Shown here piece after piece: positions 49,757 to 58,677 of a DNA stretch of 64,000 nt (position 1 is the first letter of the stretch; every line of letters starts with the position of its first letter). Position numbers and translations under genes: made by a program. The notes beneath the pieces are model-generated. The model ran no database searches and had not been told where the DNA came from. It was given only the letters and a program-made list of their open reading frames with translations. The DNA comes from Candidatus Aceula meridiana (GTDB lineage: Bacteria; Omnitrophota; Gorgyraeia; Zapsychrales; Aceulaceae): positions 853 to 64,852 of the forward strand of contig JAVCDE010000002.1 in NCBI GenBank assembly GCA_030765185.1. The letters are read 5' to 3'.

Positions 49757-51448
49757 ATGATGCTTGAAATCATTCAATCTCTTTTTGAAAAAATATCTCT
49801 TTTCCATATAAATATACTTTTTATTTTAGGATTAGCAATTTTTGGCGGAACCCTCGGAGGGCGCCTTTTTCAAAAGATGCGCATTCCCCAGGTTGTCGGA
49901 TACATTGTTATTGGGATTGTCTTTGGGAAATCCGGCCTTAATATTATTAGCTATCAAATGGTTGAAATTTTTCAACCGTTTAATTATTTTGCCTTAGGCT
50001 TGATCGGATTTATGATTGGGGGCGAATTAAAAAAGACAGTCCTAGCCCGCTATGGAAAGCAATTTTTTAAAATTCTTTTTTTTGAAGGGCTCTCAGCATT
50101 TGCTTTTGTTACAATCTTTGTAGGCATTGCCGGAACCTTTCTCTTAAAAGATGCTCCACTGGCATGGGCGCTCGGGCTTATCTTAGGCTCTATCGCGTCT
50201 GCAACAGCACCAGCGGCAACGACGGATGTCCTTTGGGAATACCGGACAAAAGGACCTTTAACAACAACGGTTTTGGGAATTGTCGCATTAGATGACGCCC
50301 TTGCTCTTTTTCTTTTTGCCATTGCTGCAAGCCTTGCCACAAGAATTATTGGGGCCTCTCATGAAACTATTTTATTATCTATTCTACATCCATTGTATGA
50401 GATAGGAGGAGCCATTTTTGTTGGAGGGGCATCAGGGCTTATTCTTATTAAGTTACTTCAAAAATATGGACAAAAAGAGAGAATGCTCACAATTTTTATC
50501 GGCATGGTTCTTTTTGTTCTTGGGCTAGCACAAGCAACCAATATCAGTATTTTGTTAGCCGCAATGATATTAGGCGCTGTTGTTGTAAACGGTGCTCCAC
50601 ACTTGTCAAAAGGAATTTTTCAGCTTGCGGAAGGTTTTACGCCACCAATCTATGTTTTATTTTTTGTTTTCGTTGGGGCAAAGTTAAACTTTTCCCATCT
50701 CACGCCCCTTATTCTTGCTTTAATCTTGCTTTACTTATTCGGAAGAACATTCGGTAAGATGTTAGGATCATTTCTCGGCGCGTATATTTCTCATGCGCCA
50801 AAAACTGTTCAAAAATATATTCCGTTTTGCCTCTTTAGCCAAGCTGGAGTCGCCATTGGGTTATCCATTGTAGCATCTAATCTTTTTCCAGAAGAATTAG
50901 GTAATTTAATTATTGTGATTGTTACAAGCTCCACCTTTGTTGTTCAGCTCATTGGCCCTCCATGCGTTAAATACGCTATTGTTAAATCAGGGGAAGCAGG
51001 CCTTAATATTACAGAAGAGGACCTGATTCACAAAACAAAATTGACTGATTTAATCGATAAAAAATTTCCTTTGATTGAAAAAAATACAACCCTTGGCCGC
51101 ATTTTAGAGATTTTCGAAAATAACCCTTATTTTTACTATCCGGTTGTTGATGATGACAAAAAACTTCAAGGAATCATCAGCATTGATACAATCCGTCAAG
51201 CTTTTATGTTTACAGATATTAGTAGTTTCCTTTTGGCTGTAGATATTATGGAACCTGCAAGAAAAAAAATCCTGCTAAGCGCACCGGCAGAGGAGGTAAA
51301 GCAATTTTTTGACCTTTACCATCTCGATTTTGTTCCGGTTGTTGATGAGACAGACAAAGTGATCGGCTGCATTGAAGCACGAATGTTTTATCAATTTATT
51401 TCTAAGAAAATGCTCGAAGCAGAACAAAAAGTTTTTTCCCTCGAATGA
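49757..51448 (+). CDS. CPA2-family cation:proton antiporter with C-terminal CBS-domain pair
   Basis: ~12 TM helices (Kef/NapA-like) followed by two CBS-like segments (YYPVVDDDKKLQGIISIDTIRQ; FVPVVDETDKVIGCIEARMFYQF). Confidence 0.75.
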   Translation: MMLEIIQSLFEKISLFHINILFILGLAIFGGTLGGRLFQKMRIPQVVGYIVIGIVFGKSGLNIISYQMVEIFQPFNYFALGLIGFMIGGELKKTVLARYGKQFFKILFFEGLSAFAFVTIFVGIAGTFLLKDAPLAWALGLILGSIASATAPAATTDVLWEYRTKGPLTTTVLGIVALDDALALFLFAIAASLATRIIGASHETILLSILHPLYEIGGAIFVGGASGLILIKLLQKYGQKERMLTIFIGMVLFVLGLAQATNISILLAAMILGAVVVNGAPHLSKGIFQLAEGFTPPIYVLFFVFVGAKLNFSHLTPLILALILLYLFGRTFGKMLGSFLGAYISHAPKTVQKYIPFCLFSQAGVAIGLSIVASNLFPEELGNLIIVIVTSSTFVVQLIGPPCVKYAIVKSGEAGLNITEEDLIHKTKLTDLIDKKFPLIEKNTTLGRILEIFENNPYFYYPVVDDDKKLQGIISIDTIRQAFMFTDISSFLLAVDIMEPARKKILLSAPAEEVKQFFDLYHLDFVPVVDETDKVIGCIEARMFYQFISKKMLEAEQKVFSLE

Positions 51449-52452
51449 AAAAAACAAATTCCAAAATAAAAGCCATCGGCATGATTTCAGGCGGATTAGA
51501 CAGCGCTCTTGTAGTCAAAATTATCAAAGATTTGGGTGTTGAAGTCTTTGGGCTGCATTTTACATTGCCCTGGAACGTTGGCAAACATCCAAAGGCTACA
51601 GATATTGCCGATCAACTTGGCGTTCCTCTTAAAATTATTTTTCTCGAAGAAAGTTTCTTAAAAATGATCCAATCTCCAAAACATGGTTACGGTTCCGCGT
51701 TTAATCCTTGCGTAGACTGCCGAGCCTTTAATCTTGCAGCTGCAAAAAAATATATGGAAGAGATTGGTGCAGAATTTGTTTTTACCGGTGAAGTTTTAGG
51801 GCAACGTCCAATGTCTCAAATGAAAAATAGCCTTCGTAAAGTTGAAAACGATAGCGGTCTTGTTGGCCGTCTGTTGCGGCCACTGTCTGCAAAATTACTT
51901 GAGCCAACAATTCCAGAACAGGAAGGAAAAATAGATCGCAATAAATTGTTTTCTTTTTCCGGGCGGTCCCGAAGCGAACTTCAGCAAATGGGAAGAGACT
52001 ACAGCATCGTAGACTATATTCCACCAGGAGGCGGTTGTCTGCTAACAGATAAAAACTTTGGAAACCGCCTGCGAGATTCTTTTCAACACGGATACCGCGA
52101 TTTAAACGATATCATCAGCCTGCGGTGGGGAAAGCATTTTCGCCTTTCTCCTAAATTTAAAGCCATTGTCGGACGTAATGATTACGAAAACCGAAAGATT
52201 ATTGAACATGCGCATAATGATGATTTTATTTTTATTCTCGCAGATGAAAATCCGGGACCAACAATTATTCTAAGGGGAGAGAATCCAGACGATAAGACCC
52301 GCGTAATGGCCGCCCTTCTAGTTAAAAAATACTCAAAGTTTCGAAATAATGAAACAAAAGTTATCTTTTGGCAAAAAAAAGACCCACAAAACACTCAAGT
52401 ATTGCTTCCTAAACCCATTGCTGAAAAAAGTCTAGCCTCTTTTAAAATTTAA
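51445..52452 (+). CDS. PP-loop ATP pyrophosphatase related to the ThiI catalytic domain (putative tRNA sulfurtransferase-type enzyme)
   Basis: SGGLDS PP-loop, NPCVDCR, GEVLGQRPMSQ...LRPL blocks resembling ThiI C-terminal domain; no THUMP domain; ATGA overlap with antiporter gene. Confidence 0.6.
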   Translation: MKKTNSKIKAIGMISGGLDSALVVKIIKDLGVEVFGLHFTLPWNVGKHPKATDIADQLGVPLKIIFLEESFLKMIQSPKHGYGSAFNPCVDCRAFNLAAAKKYMEEIGAEFVFTGEVLGQRPMSQMKNSLRKVENDSGLVGRLLRPLSAKLLEPTIPEQEGKIDRNKLFSFSGRSRSELQQMGRDYSIVDYIPPGGGCLLTDKNFGNRLRDSFQHGYRDLNDIISLRWGKHFRLSPKFKAIVGRNDYENRKIIEHAHNDDFIFILADENPGPTIILRGENPDDKTRVMAALLVKKYSKFRNNETKVIFWQKKDPQNTQVLLPKPIAEKSLASFKI

Positions 52453-52572
52453 TTCTTATTAAATAAAAGCTTTACACGCGCCTGAAATATATTAAAATAA
52501 TGCCTAATTGTTGAGCATGTCTTGCTTGCAAAAATCTTACCACTTTAATCATTAACATAAGGAGGAAGGGCA

Positions 52573-54213
52573 ATGCTAAGATTATCCAAAACGAATGATG
52601 CCCTTGGAACCGTTAATCGCGGAGATCCTTGCGAGTCAGGTTTATGCACATTATGCCGTGCGGATTGTAAAGGCAAATGTGAAACCTGGCTTTCGAGTTT
52701 AAAGGGGAGAAAACTTCTTTATCCGAGAGACTTCGGTGCTATTACTGCCGGAAGCGCTAACATCCAACACGTTGGGGTGACATACAATAACCTTCGTGTT
52801 CAAGGTTACAACTATGGCGCACATGGCCTATCGGATGGTCTTTCAAGTTCAGAAGATGATTGTATTTTTCCAAATGTCAGCATTGAAACTGAATTTGGAA
52901 AAAATGTAAAAACAAAAGCTCGCATTCCTATTATGACCGGTGCTTTGGGCTCAACATTCATCGCAGCAAAATATTGGGAATCATTCTCAATCGGCGCAGC
53001 CCTTTGCGGATATCCCATTGTTGTTGGTGAAAATGTTGTTGGCGTTGATAAAAAATCTGAACTCTCAAATGGAAAAATCACTAAAGCTCCTGAACTTGAC
53101 CGACGCATCGATACTTTTTTACGCTATTACGATGGGTACGGTGCCATTATTGTTCAGTTAAATGTTGAAGATACTCGAAACGGCGTTGCCGAATACGTTG
53201 TTGATAAATACGGTGACAAAGTTATTATTGAGCTGAAGTGGGGACAAGGCGCCAAGGATATCGGCGGTGAAATTCAGGTCACCTCTTTAGACTACGCACT
53301 CTTCCTAAAAGACAGAGGTTATGTTGTTGATCCTGATCCTCGCCTTAAAGAAGTTCAAGAAGCGTTTAAGCATGGCGCTATTAAATCTTTTGCCCGTCAT
53401 AGCCGATTGGGCTATACCAGCCTTTCGTCTGAGCCAGAAGTTCGCAAAAGCTTTATGGATTCTGTAGCTTACTTAAGAAAGCTTGGCTATAAGAGAATCT
53501 CGCTTAAAACCGGTTCTTACGGAATGGAAGCATTGGCTATGTCGATTAAATACGCGACAGATGCTAAACTGGATCTTCTAACAATTGATGGTTCTGGCGG
53601 CGGAACAGGCATGAGCCCATGGAACATGATGGAAAGCTGGGGAGTACCATCTATTCATCTACATTCTAAAGCTTACGAATATGCCAACATCCTTAAAGAA
53701 AAAGGCAAGGATGTTGTGGACATGGCTTTTGCTGGCGGCTTGGCCAAAGAAGATCAAATCTTTAAAGCCATTGCTTTAGGCTCACCGTTTACAAAATTAG
53801 TCTGTATGGGCCGCTCGTTAATGATCCCCGGTTATTTAGGGTCAAACATCGAAGGCGTATTCCATCCAGACAGAAAAGAAAAATTAAACGGGAATTGGGA
53901 TGAGCTTCCCGCAGCAGTTAAAGAATGCGGTACGTCTCCAGAAGAAATCTTTGCCGGTTACTATGATGTTCAAAAGAAAGTCGGTAAAGACGAAATGAAA
54001 AATATCCCGTTAGGCGCAATTGCCAACTGGACGGCTGTGGATAAACTAGCTGCAGGACTTCAGCAGTTAATGGCTGGAGCGAGAAAATTCACGCTTAAAA
54101 AAGTTTCCCGTGATGATCTATTCTCAGCCAACCGTGATACTGAGGCCATTACCGGCATTCCGTTTATCACTGACGTTATGGATAAAGAAGCAAAGAAGAT
54201 TCTAAAGTCATAA
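52573..54213 (+). CDS. FMN-binding glutamate synthase-family protein (GltB domain-2 homologue) with N-terminal Cys cluster
   Basis: SD AAGGAGGAAG; DGSGGGTGMSPW (GltS FMN-domain EGGTGA-type motif); N-terminal CxxCxxxCxxxC-type cysteines (CESGLCTLCRADCKGKCETW). Confidence 0.75.
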   Translation: MLRLSKTNDALGTVNRGDPCESGLCTLCRADCKGKCETWLSSLKGRKLLYPRDFGAITAGSANIQHVGVTYNNLRVQGYNYGAHGLSDGLSSSEDDCIFPNVSIETEFGKNVKTKARIPIMTGALGSTFIAAKYWESFSIGAALCGYPIVVGENVVGVDKKSELSNGKITKAPELDRRIDTFLRYYDGYGAIIVQLNVEDTRNGVAEYVVDKYGDKVIIELKWGQGAKDIGGEIQVTSLDYALFLKDRGYVVDPDPRLKEVQEAFKHGAIKSFARHSRLGYTSLSSEPEVRKSFMDSVAYLRKLGYKRISLKTGSYGMEALAMSIKYATDAKLDLLTIDGSGGGTGMSPWNMMESWGVPSIHLHSKAYEYANILKEKGKDVVDMAFAGGLAKEDQIFKAIALGSPFTKLVCMGRSLMIPGYLGSNIEGVFHPDRKEKLNGNWDELPAAVKECGTSPEEIFAGYYDVQKKVGKDEMKNIPLGAIANWTAVDKLAAGLQQLMAGARKFTLKKVSRDDLFSANRDTEAITGIPFITDVMDKEAKKILKS

Positions 54214-54237
54214 ACCTTTCTTTAGCTTTATAAAAAA

Positions 54238-54268
54238 GCCCGCCATCTTCAAGATGACGGGCTTTTTT
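54238..54268. terminator. Bidirectional rho-independent terminator between convergent gltS-family and glutaredoxin genes
   Basis: GCCCGCCATC / GATGACGGGC 10-bp stem (one mismatch), 5-nt loop, followed by T6; A6 on the 5' side. Confidence 0.75.
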
Positions 54269-54288
54269 ATATATAAAATATTTTAGAT

Positions 54289-54525
54289 TTACTTAAGCAG
54301 ATTCGCTTCCATCCAATTGATAATATCATTAGATTCGTAAAGTGCTTTACCGTCGATAACAAGGCAAGGGACTTGGGATTTCTGTCCAATCTCAATTAAT
54401 TCGCTTCGTACTGCATCATTTTCATGAATATTTTTTTTGGGAACTTCGAGAGTATGTTCTTCCATAAATGCTAAAACTCGCCCGCAAAAAGGGCAACCTG
54501 GAAAATAATAAAGTGTTAAATTCAT
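54289..54525 (-). CDS. Glutaredoxin
   Basis: 78 aa; YYFPGCPFCGRV active-site CPFC motif. Confidence 0.85.
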   Translation of the reverse strand: MNLTLYYFPGCPFCGRVLAFMEEHTLEVPKKNIHENDAVRSELIEIGQKSQVPCLVIDGKALYESNDIINWMEANLLK

Positions 54526-54572
54526 TCTGCACCTCTATCTGTTTTGTCCTCTCCGCAGAAATTTCTTCTGCT

Positions 54573-55547
54573 TCAAGGATGTTCGCCCTGGCTTCGCCTT
54601 TGGGCTCCATTTTTATGAATCAATCCTTCAGCAAATTCAATAACCTGATCTTCTAAGCTCTTCTGATAAAAACGATTCATCTCCTGAAGACAAGTAGGGG
54701 AGGTTACATTAATTTCGATTAAGTATTCTCCAATAATATCAATCCCAACAAAATAGAGCCCAAGGCTTCTTAAATGAGGCCGTAAAATATCAATGATTTT
54801 CTGATCGCTTGAAATAATCTCGCAAGCATGAGCGCTTCCACCGGAAAAAAAGTTATTGCGGTGATCACCCTTGGAATGTACACGTAAAATAGCTCCAATA
54901 GGTTCGCCATCTAAGAGGAGAATTCTCTTGTCACCTGTTTTAGCAGCAGTAATATACTTTTGTAAGATAACTTCCTTAGTGCTATTTTGACTCACAGTTT
55001 CAAATGCCACTTTAGCGTTTAAATCCCCTTTTTTGATGTGAAAGATTGAACTCCCGCCATAGAGATTGACAGGCTTAATAATAATTTCTTTCTCTTCGGT
55101 CAAAAATTCATAAAAATGATTTTTATCTCTTGTAACAACAGTTCTTGGGATGATTGAGGTAAATTGTGTAGCCCAAAGTTTTTCATTCACACTTCGGATA
55201 CTGCTAGCTTTATTGATAACCGGAATACTAGCCGGCAATCTATCTAAAAGCCAAGTGTCCATTAAATAAGATTCATTGAAAGGAGGGTCTGTGCGAATAA
55301 AGACGACATCAACATCGTCTTGGCCGATTTCTTTCTTTTCTCGAATAACAAAAGGATTCTGAGGATCTTTTTGCGGAACAACCTCTGTAGCCTTAAAATA
55401 AAGTTTTCCATCCTTTAGCGTGATGCCGCCTTGTGGAACATAGTAAACTTTATGACTTTTAAAATATGCTCCCATCATCAAAGCGAAAGAAGTATCTTTC
55501 TCGTATTTGATACCCTCTAAAAGGTCCATTAAAAAGATAAAATTCAT
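54573..55547 (-). CDS. gshB: Glutathione synthetase (prokaryotic ATP-grasp type)
   Basis: Alignment by eye to E. coli GshB throughout (MDLLEGIKYEKDTSFALM..., RTDPPFN, NKASSIRSVNEKLWATQF, GGSSIFHIKKGD, ILLLDGEPIG, FVGIDIIGEYLIEINVTSPTC). Confidence 0.85.
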   Translation of the reverse strand: MNFIFLMDLLEGIKYEKDTSFALMMGAYFKSHKVYYVPQGGITLKDGKLYFKATEVVPQKDPQNPFVIREKKEIGQDDVDVVFIRTDPPFNESYLMDTWLLDRLPASIPVINKASSIRSVNEKLWATQFTSIIPRTVVTRDKNHFYEFLTEEKEIIIKPVNLYGGSSIFHIKKGDLNAKVAFETVSQNSTKEVILQKYITAAKTGDKRILLLDGEPIGAILRVHSKGDHRNNFFSGGSAHACEIISSDQKIIDILRPHLRSLGLYFVGIDIIGEYLIEINVTSPTCLQEMNRFYQKSLEDQVIEFAEGLIHKNGAQRRSQGEHP

Positions 55548-56806
55548 AATTTCACTGCCTCCAATTCCATAATTTCGCGATGCGCAGCCATACCGGCTAT
55601 ACGCGCCAAGAGTCGATAAACGTCAAAAATATTCATATCATGATGCGTTCCGCAGTCACCGTACTTACGCAGATGTGGACACATTTTTTGAAAATCCATC
55701 CCCTTAGAATTTAAATTATCGCGATCGCTCTTTCCGCTATGAGAACGATAGAATCCACCTATCAAGTTATTATCGATTTGATAAATGCAGACTTCACTAA
55801 TTTTTTGGTCAATCTGATAATGTGTTGGAACTCCTTCTTGAAGAAGATAACGCCGAATAACTTGTGCGCTTTTTCCCTTAAAAAGTTTATTTCGGCTTTT
55901 ACGATTAAGTTCTAGGATTTCCTTTGGGTCTTCAATGGCCATAACACCCATGCCATAAGTTCCCGAATCAGATTTTAAGAATACAAAAGGTTTTTCCTGT
56001 ATTTTATGCTCATCATATTTTATCTGAATGCGCTTAAATAAATCTGATGCCGCATCCATTACCATGTGACGATCCGACTCTTCATTAATATTAACATCAG
56101 CAATCGTTGTGTCCAAACAAGAGAGGAGCCAAGGATCCACATCAATAAGCTGCGCGAATTCTTTAACAAATTCATAATTGTGTCGAAAATGATGTGACTT
56201 TAGACGTGAATGCCAGCCTGCTTGCAAAGAAGGATATATGGGCACACCTGCTTGTTTTAAAACGTCAGGAATACCTGTGGTAAGGTCATTATTTAAAATG
56301 ATAAGATCAAAATGCTTGCGTCCCTCTTGAACATCCTTTAAAATCTTTTTAAAACAAAAAATTTCAATCGGTTTACCCGTCGCTGTTTCTAAAACAACAA
56401 AGCTAGCACTTTGGCAAAATGAAGGCTGAACATCTAAAAATGTTGCCACAATAGCATTAAAACCCGCACGCTCTATGATCTCCTTTAAAACGCGAATATT
56501 TTCCAAATACCATTTATTACGAGTATGCTCTTCGGCAACAATTAAGATATTACGGCCTTGGGGTGCACGCTTAGAAATGGCTTTCTGAATAAATAAAACA
56601 GCATCCGTAACGCCATGCTCACAAATATTATTGAATCCTGCCGGAAAAAGATTGGTGTCAACGACGGCTGCTTTAAATCCTGAATTGCGGATATCGACCG
56701 AAGAATAAAGAGGGAGCTCTTTAGCTGATTCGCTCGCACGTACCCACGCGTAAATTTCTTTTTGATGTCCTAAAACACGCTTAACAATAAAATCCATATC
56801 AATCAT
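55544..56806 (-). CDS. gshA: Putative glutamate--cysteine ligase of the rare T. ferrooxidans-type family
   Basis: 420-aa protein unrelated to E. coli GshA by eye, translationally coupled (4-nt overlap) upstream of gshB in a glutaredoxin-containing operon; assignment rests on size and context known for the ferrooxidans-type GshA family. Confidence 0.45.
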   Translation of the reverse strand: MIDMDFIVKRVLGHQKEIYAWVRASESAKELPLYSSVDIRNSGFKAAVVDTNLFPAGFNNICEHGVTDAVLFIQKAISKRAPQGRNILIVAEEHTRNKWYLENIRVLKEIIERAGFNAIVATFLDVQPSFCQSASFVVLETATGKPIEIFCFKKILKDVQEGRKHFDLIILNNDLTTGIPDVLKQAGVPIYPSLQAGWHSRLKSHHFRHNYEFVKEFAQLIDVDPWLLSCLDTTIADVNINEESDRHMVMDAASDLFKRIQIKYDEHKIQEKPFVFLKSDSGTYGMGVMAIEDPKEILELNRKSRNKLFKGKSAQVIRRYLLQEGVPTHYQIDQKISEVCIYQIDNNLIGGFYRSHSGKSDRDNLNSKGMDFQKMCPHLRKYGDCGTHHDMNIFDVYRLLARIAGMAAHREIMELEAVKL

Positions 56807-57576
56807 GTTCGTAATTTGTATCCTATTTTAAAAAGATAAACAACTAAGCAAAAAACACTAACCGCCAGAATTCCTGCCACTGTCATACACCGCACAATAG
56901 ACGCATCCGAGACTCCGATAACACCATAGCGCATCCCGCTTACCAGATAATACATAGGGTTAAACTGTGTAAAGAATCTTATTTTCTCTGGAATCAAATT
57001 CATCGGATGAAACACACCTCCTAAAAACGTGCAAGGCATAATGATGTACGTATTCCACATCGTAAGCATATTGAAATCTTCAGCCCAAAGAGCTGCCAAC
57101 ATCCCGCAACACGAAAAAATAATAGGAATAAAAATAGCAAAATAGAGGACAACAAAAGGATGAGAAATCGGCATCGGATTAAAAAATAGAGAGACAATTA
57201 AGACACTAGTAATCACAATCGCCGAACGCGTTAAACTTCCTATCAAAATTCCTAAAACCATTTCAAAATAAGAGAGCGGCGAAAGAAGCACTTCTTGAAC
57301 ATGATTATGCCAGCGTGAAATAAAGAGAGAAGAACTGGCATTTTCATACGAACTTGTAATGGCCTGCATCGTCATAAGGCCAGGAATAATAAATGCAAGA
57401 TACGTAATTCCGGCTTCAGATAAGTCAATGCGCTTACCCAAAGTTAGCCCAAAAATACTTAAAAATAATGTTGTAGAAATCAGCGGAGGTATTAGCGTCT
57501 GAGTCGCCACTGACAGAAACCTCGTAATCTCACGTTTTGATAATGCAATTAATCCTGTTGGATTGTTTATTAGCAT
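56803..57576 (-). CDS. ABC-2-type transporter permease
   Basis: 257 aa, six predicted TM helices, ABC-2 family organisation; overlaps gshA start by 4 nt. Confidence 0.75.
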   Translation of the reverse strand: MLINNPTGLIALSKREITRFLSVATQTLIPPLISTTLFLSIFGLTLGKRIDLSEAGITYLAFIIPGLMTMQAITSSYENASSSLFISRWHNHVQEVLLSPLSYFEMVLGILIGSLTRSAIVITSVLIVSLFFNPMPISHPFVVLYFAIFIPIIFSCCGMLAALWAEDFNMLTMWNTYIIMPCTFLGGVFHPMNLIPEKIRFFTQFNPMYYLVSGMRYGVIGVSDASIVRCMTVAGILAVSVFCLVVYLFKIGYKLRT

Positions 57577-57579
57577 CCT

Positions 57580-58308
57580 TTATTTTCCATTCGTAAGCTC
57601 TAAAAAAACATCTTCGAGCGTTTGATCCTTTAATACATCCTTTTTATCACCGATTTTTACAATATGGCCTTCATGAATAATGCCAATTCTTTCACAAAGG
57701 CGTTCTGCTTCTTCCATGTAATGCGTGGTTAAAAAAATTGTTTTTCCTTCTTTGTTGAGTTGCCGTAAATAATCCCAGATGTGGTACCGAAGCTCTAAAT
57801 CGCATCCCGCTGTTGGCTCATCTAAAATAAGAATTTCAGGGTCATGAATAAGTGCGCGGCACAAAAGAAGGCGTTTTTTCATTCCACCGGAAAGAGTGCG
57901 GTATTTCATATTACGCTTTTCGGTGAGTTGAAACCGATCAAGAAGCTCGTCAGCTCTTTTTTCCGCTAATTTTTGAGGCAGGCCAAAATATCCAGCTTGA
58001 TAAGTAAGCATTCTATGAAGGGGAAGAAAAGGATCAAAATTAAATTCTTGGGCACATAGCCCTACCAACGGGCGGCTGCGGACATATTCACTTGTGACAT
58101 CGTAACCGAAGATCCTTACTTTACCTTCTTGATAATTTGAAAGTCCAGTTACAGTATTAATTGTTGTTGTTTTTCCAGCGCCGTTTGGGCCTAAAAATCC
58201 AAAGAAACTTCCACGCATAATGTCGAATGAAATTTCTTTAAGTGCCTGAAATTTGCCATAATATTTGGATAAATTTTGAATAGATATCGCAACTTCTGAA
58301 TTTCTCAT
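57580..58308 (-). CDS. ABC transporter ATP-binding protein
   Basis: Walker A GPNGAGKTT, ABC signature LSGGMKKRL, Walker B ILILDEPT. Confidence 0.9.
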   Translation of the reverse strand: MRNSEVAISIQNLSKYYGKFQALKEISFDIMRGSFFGFLGPNGAGKTTTINTVTGLSNYQEGKVRIFGYDVTSEYVRSRPLVGLCAQEFNFDPFLPLHRMLTYQAGYFGLPQKLAEKRADELLDRFQLTEKRNMKYRTLSGGMKKRLLLCRALIHDPEILILDEPTAGCDLELRYHIWDYLRQLNKEGKTIFLTTHYMEEAERLCERIGIIHEGHIVKIGDKKDVLKDQTLEDVFLELTNGK

Positions 58309-58663
58309 AAAGTCATTATAGGGACGCAGATAAAAAGTGTCAATGAAATGGTAACGCTTTCACAAAAAGCACCTCATCGCCTTGTTTTCTGCATATTACA
58401 TGATATACTTTATAAGAATTTTAAAGTGCTCTTCTTAAAAAATCGTTTACAGATTCTCAAAAAAGTAAACCCTCAGTAATGCGGAGGCACGAAGCCAAAG
58501 GTCTCGTCACCTTTTAGTGATGGACCGTAGGTCCTGAAGTTTTATTGCAGAATATCTAGGCTACCGAAAGAGTTGACCATATATGAATATATATAAGCCC
58601 TGTCCTTAATTTTTGAAAATAGGGCCTAATTTATCGTACAGGAAAATTTAACAAATATAATAT

Positions 58664-58672
58664 GGGGGGGGG
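58664..58672 (+). repeat. G9 homopolymeric tract between -10-like TATAAT and the start codon of the beta-helix protein gene
   Basis: tataat(58656-61) atGGGGGGGGGcaagg ATG(58678); only poly-G of this length seen in the window; G-run plus AAGG forms the ribosome-binding region. Confidence 0.7.
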
Positions 58673-58677
58673 CAAGG

